From: Candidatus Latescibacterota bacterium
GTDB lineage: Bacteria > Latescibacterota > UBA2968 > UBA8231
NCBI GenBank assembly: GCA_964291625.2
Contig: OZ220089.1
Location: forward strand, 1,088,001 to 1,152,000
Direction of reading: 5' to 3'
DNA: 64,000 nucleotides
The position numbers and the translations under genes were made by a program. Below are positions 46,848-55,531 of the stretch, piece by piece. Each line of letters opens with the position of its first letter. The first letter of the stretch is position 1. The notes under the pieces were generated by a model. The model did no database searches. It had not been told where the DNA came from and was given only the letters and a program-made list of their open reading frames with translations.

Positions 46848-47558
46848 TCAGAGCACTTCGCGCCATCTCGAGATGACCCCGGGGCCGTACAGCCAGTTGA
46901 TCTGCCGGCCGAATCTGCGGTAGAGCTTCCACACCGAGAGATGGCGAGGCAGGTCGATCAACTCCGATATGGACCGTTCCTGGCTGGCCACCCACAGTCC
47001 CCCTTCGTCCCTGTAGTCCCCGAAGGAACAGCTGTCCTTGTAGCACGAGGGGAGGGGATGGTACTGACCGCGTCCGGCATCGTGGAGAATCAGACATCCC
47101 CGTCCGCTGAGGTAGCGCGGCGCCCTGGCAAGACAGGCGGTCCTGGCGCGGCCGTCGACCAGGACGAGGTCGAACGTCCCCCGGTCGGACGGGGCATCGA
47201 CGTACCCGGAGAAGCCCTCCCCGGTCTCCACCGAGACGATCTCCACCCGCGGATCGGTGTTGAGGCGGCGGATCTTCCCCGCCCATTCCTCCGAGTGCTC
47301 GATACTGAGCCAGGCTTCGAACTCGGTGTAGCGGCGAGTGAAGTAGAGGGTACCGTATCCACACCCCCATTCCAGGACTCTTCGGGGACGCAGCCGCCCC
47401 AGGAGATCCAGGATGATCTCCACCTCCCGGGGCTTCATCAACGGCCAGACCGGGTTCCTCCCCAGGACCCTCCGGTCGAACCGGTACCGGAGGTCCTGCA
47501 TGATCTGGGAGACGACGATCCCGGAAGGTCGCATCGGAGGGGAACTCCCTGGGATCAT
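46848..47558 (-). CDS. Class I SAM-dependent methyltransferase-like protein
   Basis: VLEWGCGYGT, SIEH, FDLVLVDGRAR, LILHDA; start uncertain. Confidence 0.7.
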   Translation of the reverse strand: MIPGSSPPMRPSGIVVSQIMQDLRYRFDRRVLGRNPVWPLMKPREVEIILDLLGRLRPRRVLEWGCGYGTLYFTRRYTEFEAWLSIEHSEEWAGKIRRLNTDPRVEIVSVETGEGFSGYVDAPSDRGTFDLVLVDGRARTACLARAPRYLSGRGCLILHDAGRGQYHPLPSCYKDSCSFGDYRDEGGLWVASQERSISELIDLPRHLSVWKLYRRFGRQINWLYGPGVISRWREVL

Positions 47559-47720
47559 CTGTCCTGTTGCACCAGATCTGTCGGGTAGGGGCCGGTCGGT
47601 CTCCTGGCGACCAATCTACCCCAAAGGGGGCGGCCAAGGAACCACGGGGACCTTTGGAGTACACTTCCCCTGCCCTCCGCCACTTTTGTCCGCGCCCCAA
47701 CCGAGCCAGGAGACGCACGT

Positions 47721-48818
47721 ATGTCCGCCGTAGAAGACCGCGCTGCCAGCATCCGGGTCACCGCCCTGCAGGCGATCCCCGTGGGCCCCAAGGGTTACGT
47801 CAAGATCGAGACCAGCCACGGCATCACCGGCTGGGGCGAGATCAACAACATGGAGACCCGCGTCGCCTGCGCCCTGGCCGAGTCCCTCGGTGAGATGGTC
47901 GTCGGCGAGAACCCCACCGCCGTCGAGCACCTGTGGCAGCGTCTCTTCCGCGCCCACCGGAACCTGCGCGGCGGCGGCCTCATGGTGCACACCATCGCCG
48001 CCATCGACATGGCCCTCTGGGACATCGCCGGCAAGCTCCACGGCGTGCCCGTGTATCGGCTCCTGGGCGGGCCGTGCCGCCACAAGGTGTGGATGTACCC
48101 CGGCCCCAAGGCGATCAAGACCGGCCCGGGGGGCGCCCGCTCCCACGGCGGGTCGCCGGATGAGGTGCAGCAGATCCTCGACCGCATCCGCGAGGCCCGC
48201 GCCCAGGTCGGCCCCGACGGTGTCGTCATGTTCGACGCCCACAGCAAGATGCCGCCGCCCATCACCCGCCAGGTGGGCGGCCACCTGAAGTCCGACGACC
48301 TCCTGTTCTGGGAGGAGGGCTGGGTGCCGGGCAACATCGAGGTCATGCGGCGGGTCCGCGAGGCGGTCCCCGTGCCCCTGGCCACCGGCGAGCGGGACCG
48401 CACGATCTGGGAGGTCCGCGAGATCCTGGAAGCCCAGGTCGTGGACGTGCTGCAGCCGGACTGCGGCCACGGCGGCGGCATCACCCAGATGAAGAAGGTC
48501 GCCGCCCTGGCCGAGGCCCATCACGTGCCCATCGCCCCCCACTGCACCATGTCCTACCTCGGGCTCACGGCGAGCCTCCACGTGGCCGCGTCCGTGCCCT
48601 TCTTCCTGATCCACGAGGGCTACACGGGCCGGCTGCCGGAGGGCGTGGCCCGCAAGACCTGGGAGATGGACGACGAGGGCTACGTCCCCCTGCCGGAGGG
48701 CCCCGGCCTCGGGGTGGAAATCGACGAAGCCCTGGCGCGGGAGGTGGGCGAGCGCCCGGAGCAGCAGTTCCGGTGGCCGGACAACCGTCTGGAGGACGGG
48801 TCCGTGGCCGACTACTGA
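47721..48818 (+). CDS. Mandelate racemase/muconate lactonizing enzyme family (sugar-acid dehydratase-like)
   Basis: GITGWGE, IDMALWDIAGK, DAH, EE, ATGER, QPD..HGGGIT, IAPH. Confidence 0.88.
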   Translation: MSAVEDRAASIRVTALQAIPVGPKGYVKIETSHGITGWGEINNMETRVACALAESLGEMVVGENPTAVEHLWQRLFRAHRNLRGGGLMVHTIAAIDMALWDIAGKLHGVPVYRLLGGPCRHKVWMYPGPKAIKTGPGGARSHGGSPDEVQQILDRIREARAQVGPDGVVMFDAHSKMPPPITRQVGGHLKSDDLLFWEEGWVPGNIEVMRRVREAVPVPLATGERDRTIWEVREILEAQVVDVLQPDCGHGGGITQMKKVAALAEAHHVPIAPHCTMSYLGLTASLHVAASVPFFLIHEGYTGRLPEGVARKTWEMDDEGYVPLPEGPGLGVEIDEALAREVGERPEQQFRWPDNRLEDGSVADY

Positions 48819-49024
48819 CTCCCTTCGCCGGCGCAGGGCCGCAGCGCCTCGGTGCGCTCGCGCAGGCGGCGGGCGTACGGCGTCTCGACGCCGTAGCGGC
48901 GGCACAGGCGGCTGAAACTGCGCGGCTCGATGCCCAGAGCCCGGCTGGCGGACTCGTTCGTCGAGTACATGCGGGCGGCGCGCTGGATGCGCGCGCGATC
49001 GATTCGGCGTGCCCCTTGGGCCAT
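48812..49024 (-). CDS. Small basic HTH (Fis-like) protein
   Basis: 70 aa; ASRALGI..RSFSRLCRRYGVETP helix-turn-helix pattern; GGAAGGGG RBS. Confidence 0.62.
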   Translation of the reverse strand: MAQGARRIDRARIQRAARMYSTNESASRALGIEPRSFSRLCRRYGVETPYARRLRERTEALRPCAGEGSQ

Positions 49025-49079
49025 TGCGGATCCCCCCTTCCAGTGTGCCCTGCGGCGCAGGATGGCTCGGAGGGGTGGA

Positions 49080-49096
49080 TGCAACTTGCGTGCCAA
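49080..49096 (-). promoter_or_regulatory. Sigma54 (-24/-12) promoter
   Basis: TTGGCACG-CAAG-TTGCA on the minus strand, matching the RpoN consensus, about 55 nt upstream of the small HTH gene. Confidence 0.75.
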
Positions 49097-49194
49097 GGTT
49101 CCTCCTGGACGAATCCGAGGGGCCGGGTGGCAGACGACCTCCGCGACTGTCCGCTGGCGCGACAGTCCGTGTCCGCTCCCGGACAGAAGGCGCC

Positions 49195-50169
49195 TCAGTC
49201 CCACTCCAGGAGCACGCCGAGGGCTTCCCCCGGGCGGTTCCACAGCAGGTCGAAGGCGGCGGCCGCCTCGGTGAAGGGGAACCGGTGGCTGGTCATGCGG
49301 CCGGTGTCGATCACCCCGGAGGCGAGGAGCGACATGGCCCGCCGGTAGGCGGACAGGCCGGAGCGCTGCCCGTAGTAGCCACCCAGCAGTCGCCGGCGCT
49401 GGATCTTGCCCGAAGGCAGGGAGAGGGGCTGGTCCTCGTAGAGGCCGATCAGGTGCAGGGTGCCGTCGACGCCGAGCATGTCGAGGCCCTGCTCGAAGGC
49501 CTTCGGCCCCGCCGGACCGCCCACGGCGTAGACCACGAGGTGCGCCCCGGCGCCGTTGGTCAGCTTGCGCACCGCCGCCACCGGGTCCTCCTCGCCGGCG
49601 TTCACCACCCGGTCGGCGCCCAGCTCCGCGGCCAGCTCGCAGCGGCGCTCGAGGGCGTCCACGGCGATCACGTGGCCGCGGCCCGAGGCCTTCATCACCT
49701 GCAGCATGAGACTGCCCACCAGGCCCTGCCCCAGGATCACCACCGTGTCCGTGGGTCCGCTGCCCCCGATCTCGACCCAGGTCACGGCCCCCACCGCCAG
49801 CGGGTAGTACGGCGCGCGGTCGAAGTCGACATCCCCGGGCAGGACCACCACCCTGGCCTGGTCCTCCGGTCCGGCGGCGGCTGCGGGCTGGACGGTGTAC
49901 TCCGCGTGGGGGGCCAGGGAGACAACGCGGTCGCCGGGGGCCAGGTGCGATACTCCGTCACCGACGGCGTCGACCGTGCCGGCCATGGAGTAGCCCATGA
50001 TGGCGGGGCTGACGGCGTACTCGCGGGTGTAGCGGGCCCCCATCTCGGAACCGCGGCTGATGAGGGAGCGCACCGCCTTGACGCGGACCTCCCCCGAGCC
50101 CGGTTCCGGGACCGGCGCCTCCTCGAGGACGAGGTTGTACTTCCCTTCGGGCTTGGCGAGTCGTTTCAC
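49195..50169 (-). CDS. Zinc-binding (MDR) alcohol dehydrogenase family protein
   Basis: SLISRGSE, GYSMAG.V..VG, GDRV, GQGLVG; GTG start with GGAGG RBS. Confidence 0.85.
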   Translation of the reverse strand: MKRLAKPEGKYNLVLEEAPVPEPGSGEVRVKAVRSLISRGSEMGARYTREYAVSPAIMGYSMAGTVDAVGDGVSHLAPGDRVVSLAPHAEYTVQPAAAAGPEDQARVVVLPGDVDFDRAPYYPLAVGAVTWVEIGGSGPTDTVVILGQGLVGSLMLQVMKASGRGHVIAVDALERRCELAAELGADRVVNAGEEDPVAAVRKLTNGAGAHLVVYAVGGPAGPKAFEQGLDMLGVDGTLHLIGLYEDQPLSLPSGKIQRRRLLGGYYGQRSGLSAYRRAMSLLASGVIDTGRMTSHRFPFTEAAAAFDLLWNRPGEALGVLLEWD

Positions 50170-50276
50170 GGCGATCCTCCGGGTGTCGGGCGCGGTCCTT
50201 CGGCTCCGGGCCAACCCTCACCAACCGGGGTACGGCGGTCAAGCCGGGTTCCACGACACCCTCTCCGGCCCTTGGT

Positions 50277-50304
50277 TTGACGGCCCCGCGGGGTTCCGTA
50301 TCCT
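50277..50304 (+). promoter_or_regulatory. Sigma70-type promoter
   Basis: TTGACG-N16-TATCCT upstream of the PhyH gene. Confidence 0.5.
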
Positions 50305-50342
50305 AGCGCGGCAGCGCTCACCCCCCTCGCCGGAGCCACCCC

Positions 50343-51155
50343 GTGAAGACCGACCTCACCCCCGATCAGATCGCCCACTACCGCGAGCGCGGGTACGTCG
50401 TCATCGACGGCTTTCTGTCCGAGGAGGAGCTGGAGCTCTGGCGGCGCTGGATCGACGAGGCGGTGGCCGCCCGCCAGGACCGCAAGCTGGCCAACAGGGA
50501 CTGGCGCGCCGGCGACGCCTACTACGACAAGGTCTTCACCCAGCGCATCAATCTGTGGATGGACCACGAGGGGGTCCGCCGCCTGATGCTCGACCGGCGG
50601 ATCGGCAGGATGGCCGCCGCGCTGGCCGGGGTGGACGGCATCCGCATCTGGCACGACCAGGCCCTGATCAAGGAGCCCTGGGCCAACCCCACCGGCTGGC
50701 ACCTCGACAACCCCTACTGGTCGTTCTCGTCGCGGCACGCCATCAGCCTCTGGGTCGCCCTCGACGACGTCACCCGCGACAACGGCTGCCTCTACTTCCT
50801 CCCCGGCACCCACCGGACGGCGACCTGGGAGAACGGCCCCATCAACGAGAACATCGCCGCCCTCTTCGAGCTCTACCCCGAGTGGGCGGCGCTGGAGGCC
50901 GACGCCGCCCCCATGAAGGCCGGGTCCTGCTCCTTCCACAACGGCCTCCTCGCCCACGGCGCCGGGGCCAACATGACCCCCGGCCGACGGCGGGCGATGA
51001 CCTGCGGTTTCATGCCCGATGGCTGCACCTTCAACGGCCAGACCAACGTGCTGCCCCCGGAGTACCTGGCCACCCTCTCGGAGGGCGACGTGCTCGACAA
51101 CGACGAGCAGAACCCCCTGCTCTACCACGTGCGGGGAGGGGGCGTAGGGGCCTGA
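50343..51155 (+). CDS. Phytanoyl-CoA dioxygenase (PhyH) family enzyme
   Basis: ERGY, HDQALIKEP, TGWHLD, WVALDD...NGCL, FHNGL.AHGAGAN. Confidence 0.88.
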   Translation: MKTDLTPDQIAHYRERGYVVIDGFLSEEELELWRRWIDEAVAARQDRKLANRDWRAGDAYYDKVFTQRINLWMDHEGVRRLMLDRRIGRMAAALAGVDGIRIWHDQALIKEPWANPTGWHLDNPYWSFSSRHAISLWVALDDVTRDNGCLYFLPGTHRTATWENGPINENIAALFELYPEWAALEADAAPMKAGSCSFHNGLLAHGAGANMTPGRRRAMTCGFMPDGCTFNGQTNVLPPEYLATLSEGDVLDNDEQNPLLYHVRGGGVGA

Positions 51156-51269
51156 GGCCGACCGGCCGGGGTCCTTTTGGCGATGGCGGAAGGGCCGCGG
51201 GGCGGAACCCGCGAGGGTCGAGCATCGTCGGCCGGGAACGCCCGAAGTCCCCGTCGAATGGAGGGAGCC

Positions 51270-51869
51270 ATGACCGCCAGAACCCGATCCCGCCCGCGGA
51301 CCCTGCCCCATCCCGAGCATGCCCTGCGGCTGACCCGCGCCGCCATGGCGCTGGCCTGCTCGGCCGCTCTGCTCCTCGCCGCCTCCTGCGGCGGCGAGGA
51401 TCCGGTACAGCCGGGCCCCGTCAGCGCCGAAGAGGAGGAACAGATCAAGGCGGCCCTGCGGGATCGCTCCTTCCGCCAGTTCGATCCCTCCGTGGACGCG
51501 AGCCCGAGGAAGGGGGTCGTCCTCGACTTCTTCGACGGGGTCAGCCTCTGGGCCCAGTACGCCGAGGACGGGCATGCCGTCGACGAGTGGCAGATCTCCG
51601 CCGCCGACTACCGTCTCGAGAAGGCCGGGGAGGCCAAGTTCCAGGACGCGGAGTTCGTCATCCGGTTCGAGGGGGCGGAGTCCAGCCAGCTGTTCCCCGA
51701 TGAGTGCACCGACTGCATTCCGACCGGGGGCTTCTCCATCTCCGTACGCAACGTCTTCGACAGCGAACGGATCTCCTTCAGGCTCAACGACGAGGAGAAC
51801 CAGCTTCCTCCGCCTTTCCCGGTCTTCGGATCGTGGACGCGGTTCCGGGAGGACGAGTACTTCGAATAG
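51270..51869 (+). CDS. Putative lipoprotein
   Basis: GGAGGGAG RBS; lipobox LAASC. Confidence 0.6.
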   Translation: MTARTRSRPRTLPHPEHALRLTRAAMALACSAALLLAASCGGEDPVQPGPVSAEEEEQIKAALRDRSFRQFDPSVDASPRKGVVLDFFDGVSLWAQYAEDGHAVDEWQISAADYRLEKAGEAKFQDAEFVIRFEGAESSQLFPDECTDCIPTGGFSISVRNVFDSERISFRLNDEENQLPPPFPVFGSWTRFREDEYFE

Positions 51870-51968
51870 GTCCGCGGGGCCGGCGGTCCGGCAAGACGGT
51901 GGGAGCCGACCGGTGGCAGCAAGAGGATCGGCCCCAGGCATAGGGGGTGAGGAGACCGGACGGGAACC

Positions 51969-53483
51969 GTGGCTCAGGTAGAAGGCCGGGAGGAAGCAGC
52001 GGTCCGACGGATCGCACGGGGCGCGGTCCAGACCCTCACCAGCGCCTACGCGGGCCGGGTCGTCACCTGGATCGCCATCGTCGTCCTCACCCGCGAGCTC
52101 CCGCCGGAGGCTTTCGGCCAAGTCGCTCTGGCCGCCTCCGGGCTCGCCCTGGTCTCCGCCCTGCGCAGCTTCGGCCTCCACAATGCCCTGCTGCACCACT
52201 ACAAGCGGGTCGACGAACTCGCCCCCACTCACTTCTTCCTCAACACCGCCCTCGCCGTCCTCGGCACGGTCGGGGCCATCGCCCTGGCCGTCCTCTTCGT
52301 GGACGGTCGCTGGGGGCGCGGAGTGGCCACGGCCCTGGCCGTCTTCGCCGCCTTCGACCTCCTCCGGGCCACGGCCCTGACCGCCGAGACCCAGCTCCGG
52401 CGGGACCTCGAGTTCGGCTCCCTCGCATCCGCCCATGCCCTCGCCTTGATCCTCGCCGCGATCTCGGGCATCGCCCTGGCCTTTCTGGGCGGGGGGATCT
52501 GGGCCCTCATCCTCAGTCACTCCGTCTACGGGATCGGCTACGTCGCCGTCTACGGGGCCATGCTCTGGCGCCTCCGCTCCCCCCTGGCCTTCCGCCTCTC
52601 CGACTTCCGACCGAACGAGGCCCGACGCATGTTCGGGTACGGCGCCTGGATCTGGCTCGGCACGATGCTGCAGACCCTGGTGCTAAACTTCGACCGGCTC
52701 GTGGTGGAGGCCCTGCTCGACTTCGAGACCCTGGGGTTCTACGAGCGCGCCCACGTCTTCGCCCAACTGCCCACCGGGACGATCACCCACGCCCTCACCG
52801 GTGTCATGCTGGCCGTCTTCGCGCGCTACCAGGAGGACCGGGCACAGCTCGCCGGGGCTTTTCGCCGGGCCCTGCGGCTGATCATGCGCTCGGCGGTACC
52901 CCTGTCCGTCCTCCTCGCCATCGAGATCCCCGCCCTGACCCGCCTGATCCTGGACGAGAGCTGGATGCCCATGGCCTCCATCCTGCGGTGGCTGCTCCTG
53001 TTCTCCCTCTGCCGCCCCCTGCTGGAAGCGGCTCACGCCCTGTTGCGCAGCATCGGGGATCCCCGCGGATCGGCCGCCTTTGTCGCGGTGCAGGCCGTCG
53101 TCCTCCTCTTCGCGGCCCCCCTTCTCACCCGCTCTCACGCGATCGAAGGCACGGCCATGGCCATGAACCTCGCCGCTCTGGCCGGCACCCTGGTTGCGCT
53201 GCATCGGACCGCCGGCTTCGTCGAGGTTCCCTGGCTGCGCAGCACCGCTCCACCCCTGATTGCGGCCGCCGCAGCCGCCGGCGCCCGCCTGGCCAGCGGA
53301 CCACTGATCGAGGGCCTCCCGGATGTGGCCGCCCTTGTACTGGGCGCCGGCCTCTTCGTATGTTCCTACGGGATCGCCCTGTTGTGCATGGAGGGCCGCG
53401 GCCTGGTGAACGAGATGCGGACACTGCGCCAGGTCTTCAGGAAGGACGCCTTGACCGAGAAAGAACCAGGAGCGCACCCGTGA
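51969..53483 (+). CDS. Wzx-type oligosaccharide flippase
   Basis: Many TM segments; L.PEAFG.VA, NFDRLVV...LGFYERA motifs. Confidence 0.85.
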   Translation: MAQVEGREEAAVRRIARGAVQTLTSAYAGRVVTWIAIVVLTRELPPEAFGQVALAASGLALVSALRSFGLHNALLHHYKRVDELAPTHFFLNTALAVLGTVGAIALAVLFVDGRWGRGVATALAVFAAFDLLRATALTAETQLRRDLEFGSLASAHALALILAAISGIALAFLGGGIWALILSHSVYGIGYVAVYGAMLWRLRSPLAFRLSDFRPNEARRMFGYGAWIWLGTMLQTLVLNFDRLVVEALLDFETLGFYERAHVFAQLPTGTITHALTGVMLAVFARYQEDRAQLAGAFRRALRLIMRSAVPLSVLLAIEIPALTRLILDESWMPMASILRWLLLFSLCRPLLEAAHALLRSIGDPRGSAAFVAVQAVVLLFAAPLLTRSHAIEGTAMAMNLAALAGTLVALHRTAGFVEVPWLRSTAPPLIAAAAAAGARLASGPLIEGLPDVAALVLGAGLFVCSYGIALLCMEGRGLVNEMRTLRQVFRKDALTEKEPGAHP

Positions 53484-54313
53484 GCTCCGAGATGAAGATC
53501 GGAAGGCCCCCTTGGACGCGCGCCCAGATCCTGCAAGAGGTGGACGAGTTCGCTGATATCTACGCGGAACGCCCCGTCAGGGACAATCGGGGGGGGATGC
53601 AGGCGCCCCATATGTTTGCTCTATGGTTCATGGCAGGGAGGCTGTCGCCAGACCTGATTGTCGAGAGCGGGATCTGGAAGGGGCAAAGCACCTGGCTGCT
53701 CGAGAGAGCATGCCCGAAGGCCCAGTTGGTCTGCATCGATCTCAACCTGGACAATCGGGAGTACGTCTCCAGCAGGGCCATCTACGATGACCGGGACTTC
53801 TCGGAGCAAGACTGGTCGGGAATAAGCGACCGCTCACTGGTGTTCTTTGACGACCATCAGAATGCTTACAAGAGGGTCCAGCAGTGCAGGTGGTTCGGAT
53901 TCAGGCAGATGATTTTCGAGGACAACTACCCCTCTGGCCATGGAGACTGCTACAGCCTCAAGAAGGCCTTCTCCAAGACCGGATTCGATCCTTCTCACCT
54001 TGGCCCGCGCCTGCCACTGCCGCGGAGGTTGACCAGGCGGATCGGCCTTGCCCTGCTCTTCCTCAGCCCCCAGTACGAACGGTCGAGGATCCCGCCGAAC
54101 GACATCGATGCACGCATGTTGGAAGGGAACCTCGAAACCTACTGCGAGTTTCCGCCGGTCTTCAAGCCGCAGCAGACCCGGTGGGGAGACACCTGGGACG
54201 AATCCTACCCGACGCCGGATCCCTTGCTGAGTCGACCCGAGAAGCCCTCCCACCGCCTGTTTCTCGAGGAGGCAGACTCCTACAACTGGATGTGTTACGC
54301 CAAGCTCAAGTAG
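53480..54313 (+). CDS. Hypothetical protein, methyltransferase-like fold, polysaccharide-associated
   Basis: GTGA overlap; IVESGIWKGQSTW, FFDDHQ, IFEDNY. Confidence 0.6.
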   Translation: MSSEMKIGRPPWTRAQILQEVDEFADIYAERPVRDNRGGMQAPHMFALWFMAGRLSPDLIVESGIWKGQSTWLLERACPKAQLVCIDLNLDNREYVSSRAIYDDRDFSEQDWSGISDRSLVFFDDHQNAYKRVQQCRWFGFRQMIFEDNYPSGHGDCYSLKKAFSKTGFDPSHLGPRLPLPRRLTRRIGLALLFLSPQYERSRIPPNDIDARMLEGNLETYCEFPPVFKPQQTRWGDTWDESYPTPDPLLSRPEKPSHRLFLEEADSYNWMCYAKLK

Positions 54314-54346
54314 GACTGGCTGCCCCCAAACCCTGAGTAGTCCCTG

Positions 54347-55531
54347 TTGGCCCACCCTCAGACAGTCCTTGTCGGATCACTGCCTCCTCCTCTCACCGGG
54401 CAGACCGTTGCATTCCAGATGGCCTGCGATGGCTTTCGGAGACGCCGACTGCCCTTTCGAGTGATCGACCTCAGCGGCGGGACCCACACCAGGCCCGAAG
54501 GCGAGTTCTCCCTGGTGCGCATGTGGCAACTCTTCAAGCCTTTCCAGGAGGCCCTCATCCTGTTGGCCGGCCGGAGAACCCTCTATCTCAGTGCGGCGCA
54601 GAACTGGATGGGGTTTCTGCGAGACAGTGTCTTCATACTTCTGGCTGTCATGGGCCGACAGCGAATCGTGGTTCACGTACATGGAGGGTTCTACGACGGC
54701 TTCTACAGCTCCCTGGGGCCAGTGCAGCAGTACCTTGTCCGCAGAGCGCTCAGGCGCGTTCACAGGATCGTGATCCTCGGAAGAGCACTCTCCGGAATGT
54801 TCGACTTTGAGCCTGCTCTGGGTGCAAGAACCGTGGTCGCATTCAATGGTCTACCCTACGATCGGAAGGACACCCCTGGCGAGCCCAAGCGGCTCCCCTC
54901 GGTTTCTCGCGGTCGTCCGAGGCTTCTCTTTCTGTCCAACCTGATCGTGAGCAAGGGCTACCTTCAGGCCCTCGAGGCCCTTCGCATCCTGGTGCAGGTC
55001 AAGGGGGTCGATGTCGAATGTCACTTCTGCGGCAGCTTCGTCCTCGCCTCGGACGTCTGCCCCTATTCCAGCTCTGAAGAAGCAGAGGCTGACTTCCACG
55101 CCCGGGTCGAGGACTCAGGTCTCAAGGAGCGCGCTATCTGGCATGGCCCTGTAGACGGGGAAGAGAAGATGCGGTTTCTCAGGGAGAGTCATTTCTTTCT
55201 CCTGCCTACCCGCTACAGGTACGAAGCCCAGCCGATCTCCATCATTGAGGCCCTGGCCTTCGGGCTGGTCGTGATTTCGACGCCTTTCCGCACCATCCCC
55301 GAGATGATCGAGGAAGGCCGGTCAGGGGAGCTGGTCCCCTTTGACAGGCCCGACGAAATCGCACGGGTGGTCCAGTCCTACACTCGGAACCCCGAGAGGT
55401 TCATCGCCATGAGTCGAGCCTCCATCGACCGCTACCGCAAAGCGTTTACCCAGGAGCAGCATCTGGACAGGCTGATACCCCTCGTTCTGGGGGGAACCTC
55501 CGCCAGCCAGCCACATGGGGAACCGACATGA
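54347..55531 (+). CDS. Glycosyltransferase family 4
   Basis: PPPLTGQ, HVHGG, FLSNL..SKG, EAQPISIIEALAFG. Confidence 0.88.
   Translation: MAHPQTVLVGSLPPPLTGQTVAFQMACDGFRRRRLPFRVIDLSGGTHTRPEGEFSLVRMWQLFKPFQEALILLAGRRTLYLSAAQNWMGFLRDSVFILLAVMGRQRIVVHVHGGFYDGFYSSLGPVQQYLVRRALRRVHRIVILGRALSGMFDFEPALGARTVVAFNGLPYDRKDTPGEPKRLPSVSRGRPRLLFLSNLIVSKGYLQALEALRILVQVKGVDVECHFCGSFVLASDVCPYSSSEEAEADFHARVEDSGLKERAIWHGPVDGEEKMRFLRESHFFLLPTRYRYEAQPISIIEALAFGLVVISTPFRTIPEMIEEGRSGELVPFDRPDEIARVVQSYTRNPERFIAMSRASIDRYRKAFTQEQHLDRLIPLVLGGTSASQPHGEPT

Noticed and set aside
44511-47588. 1025-aa ORF
   Set aside because: Only 45111-45630 is real coding; the rest is read-through over opposite-strand genes
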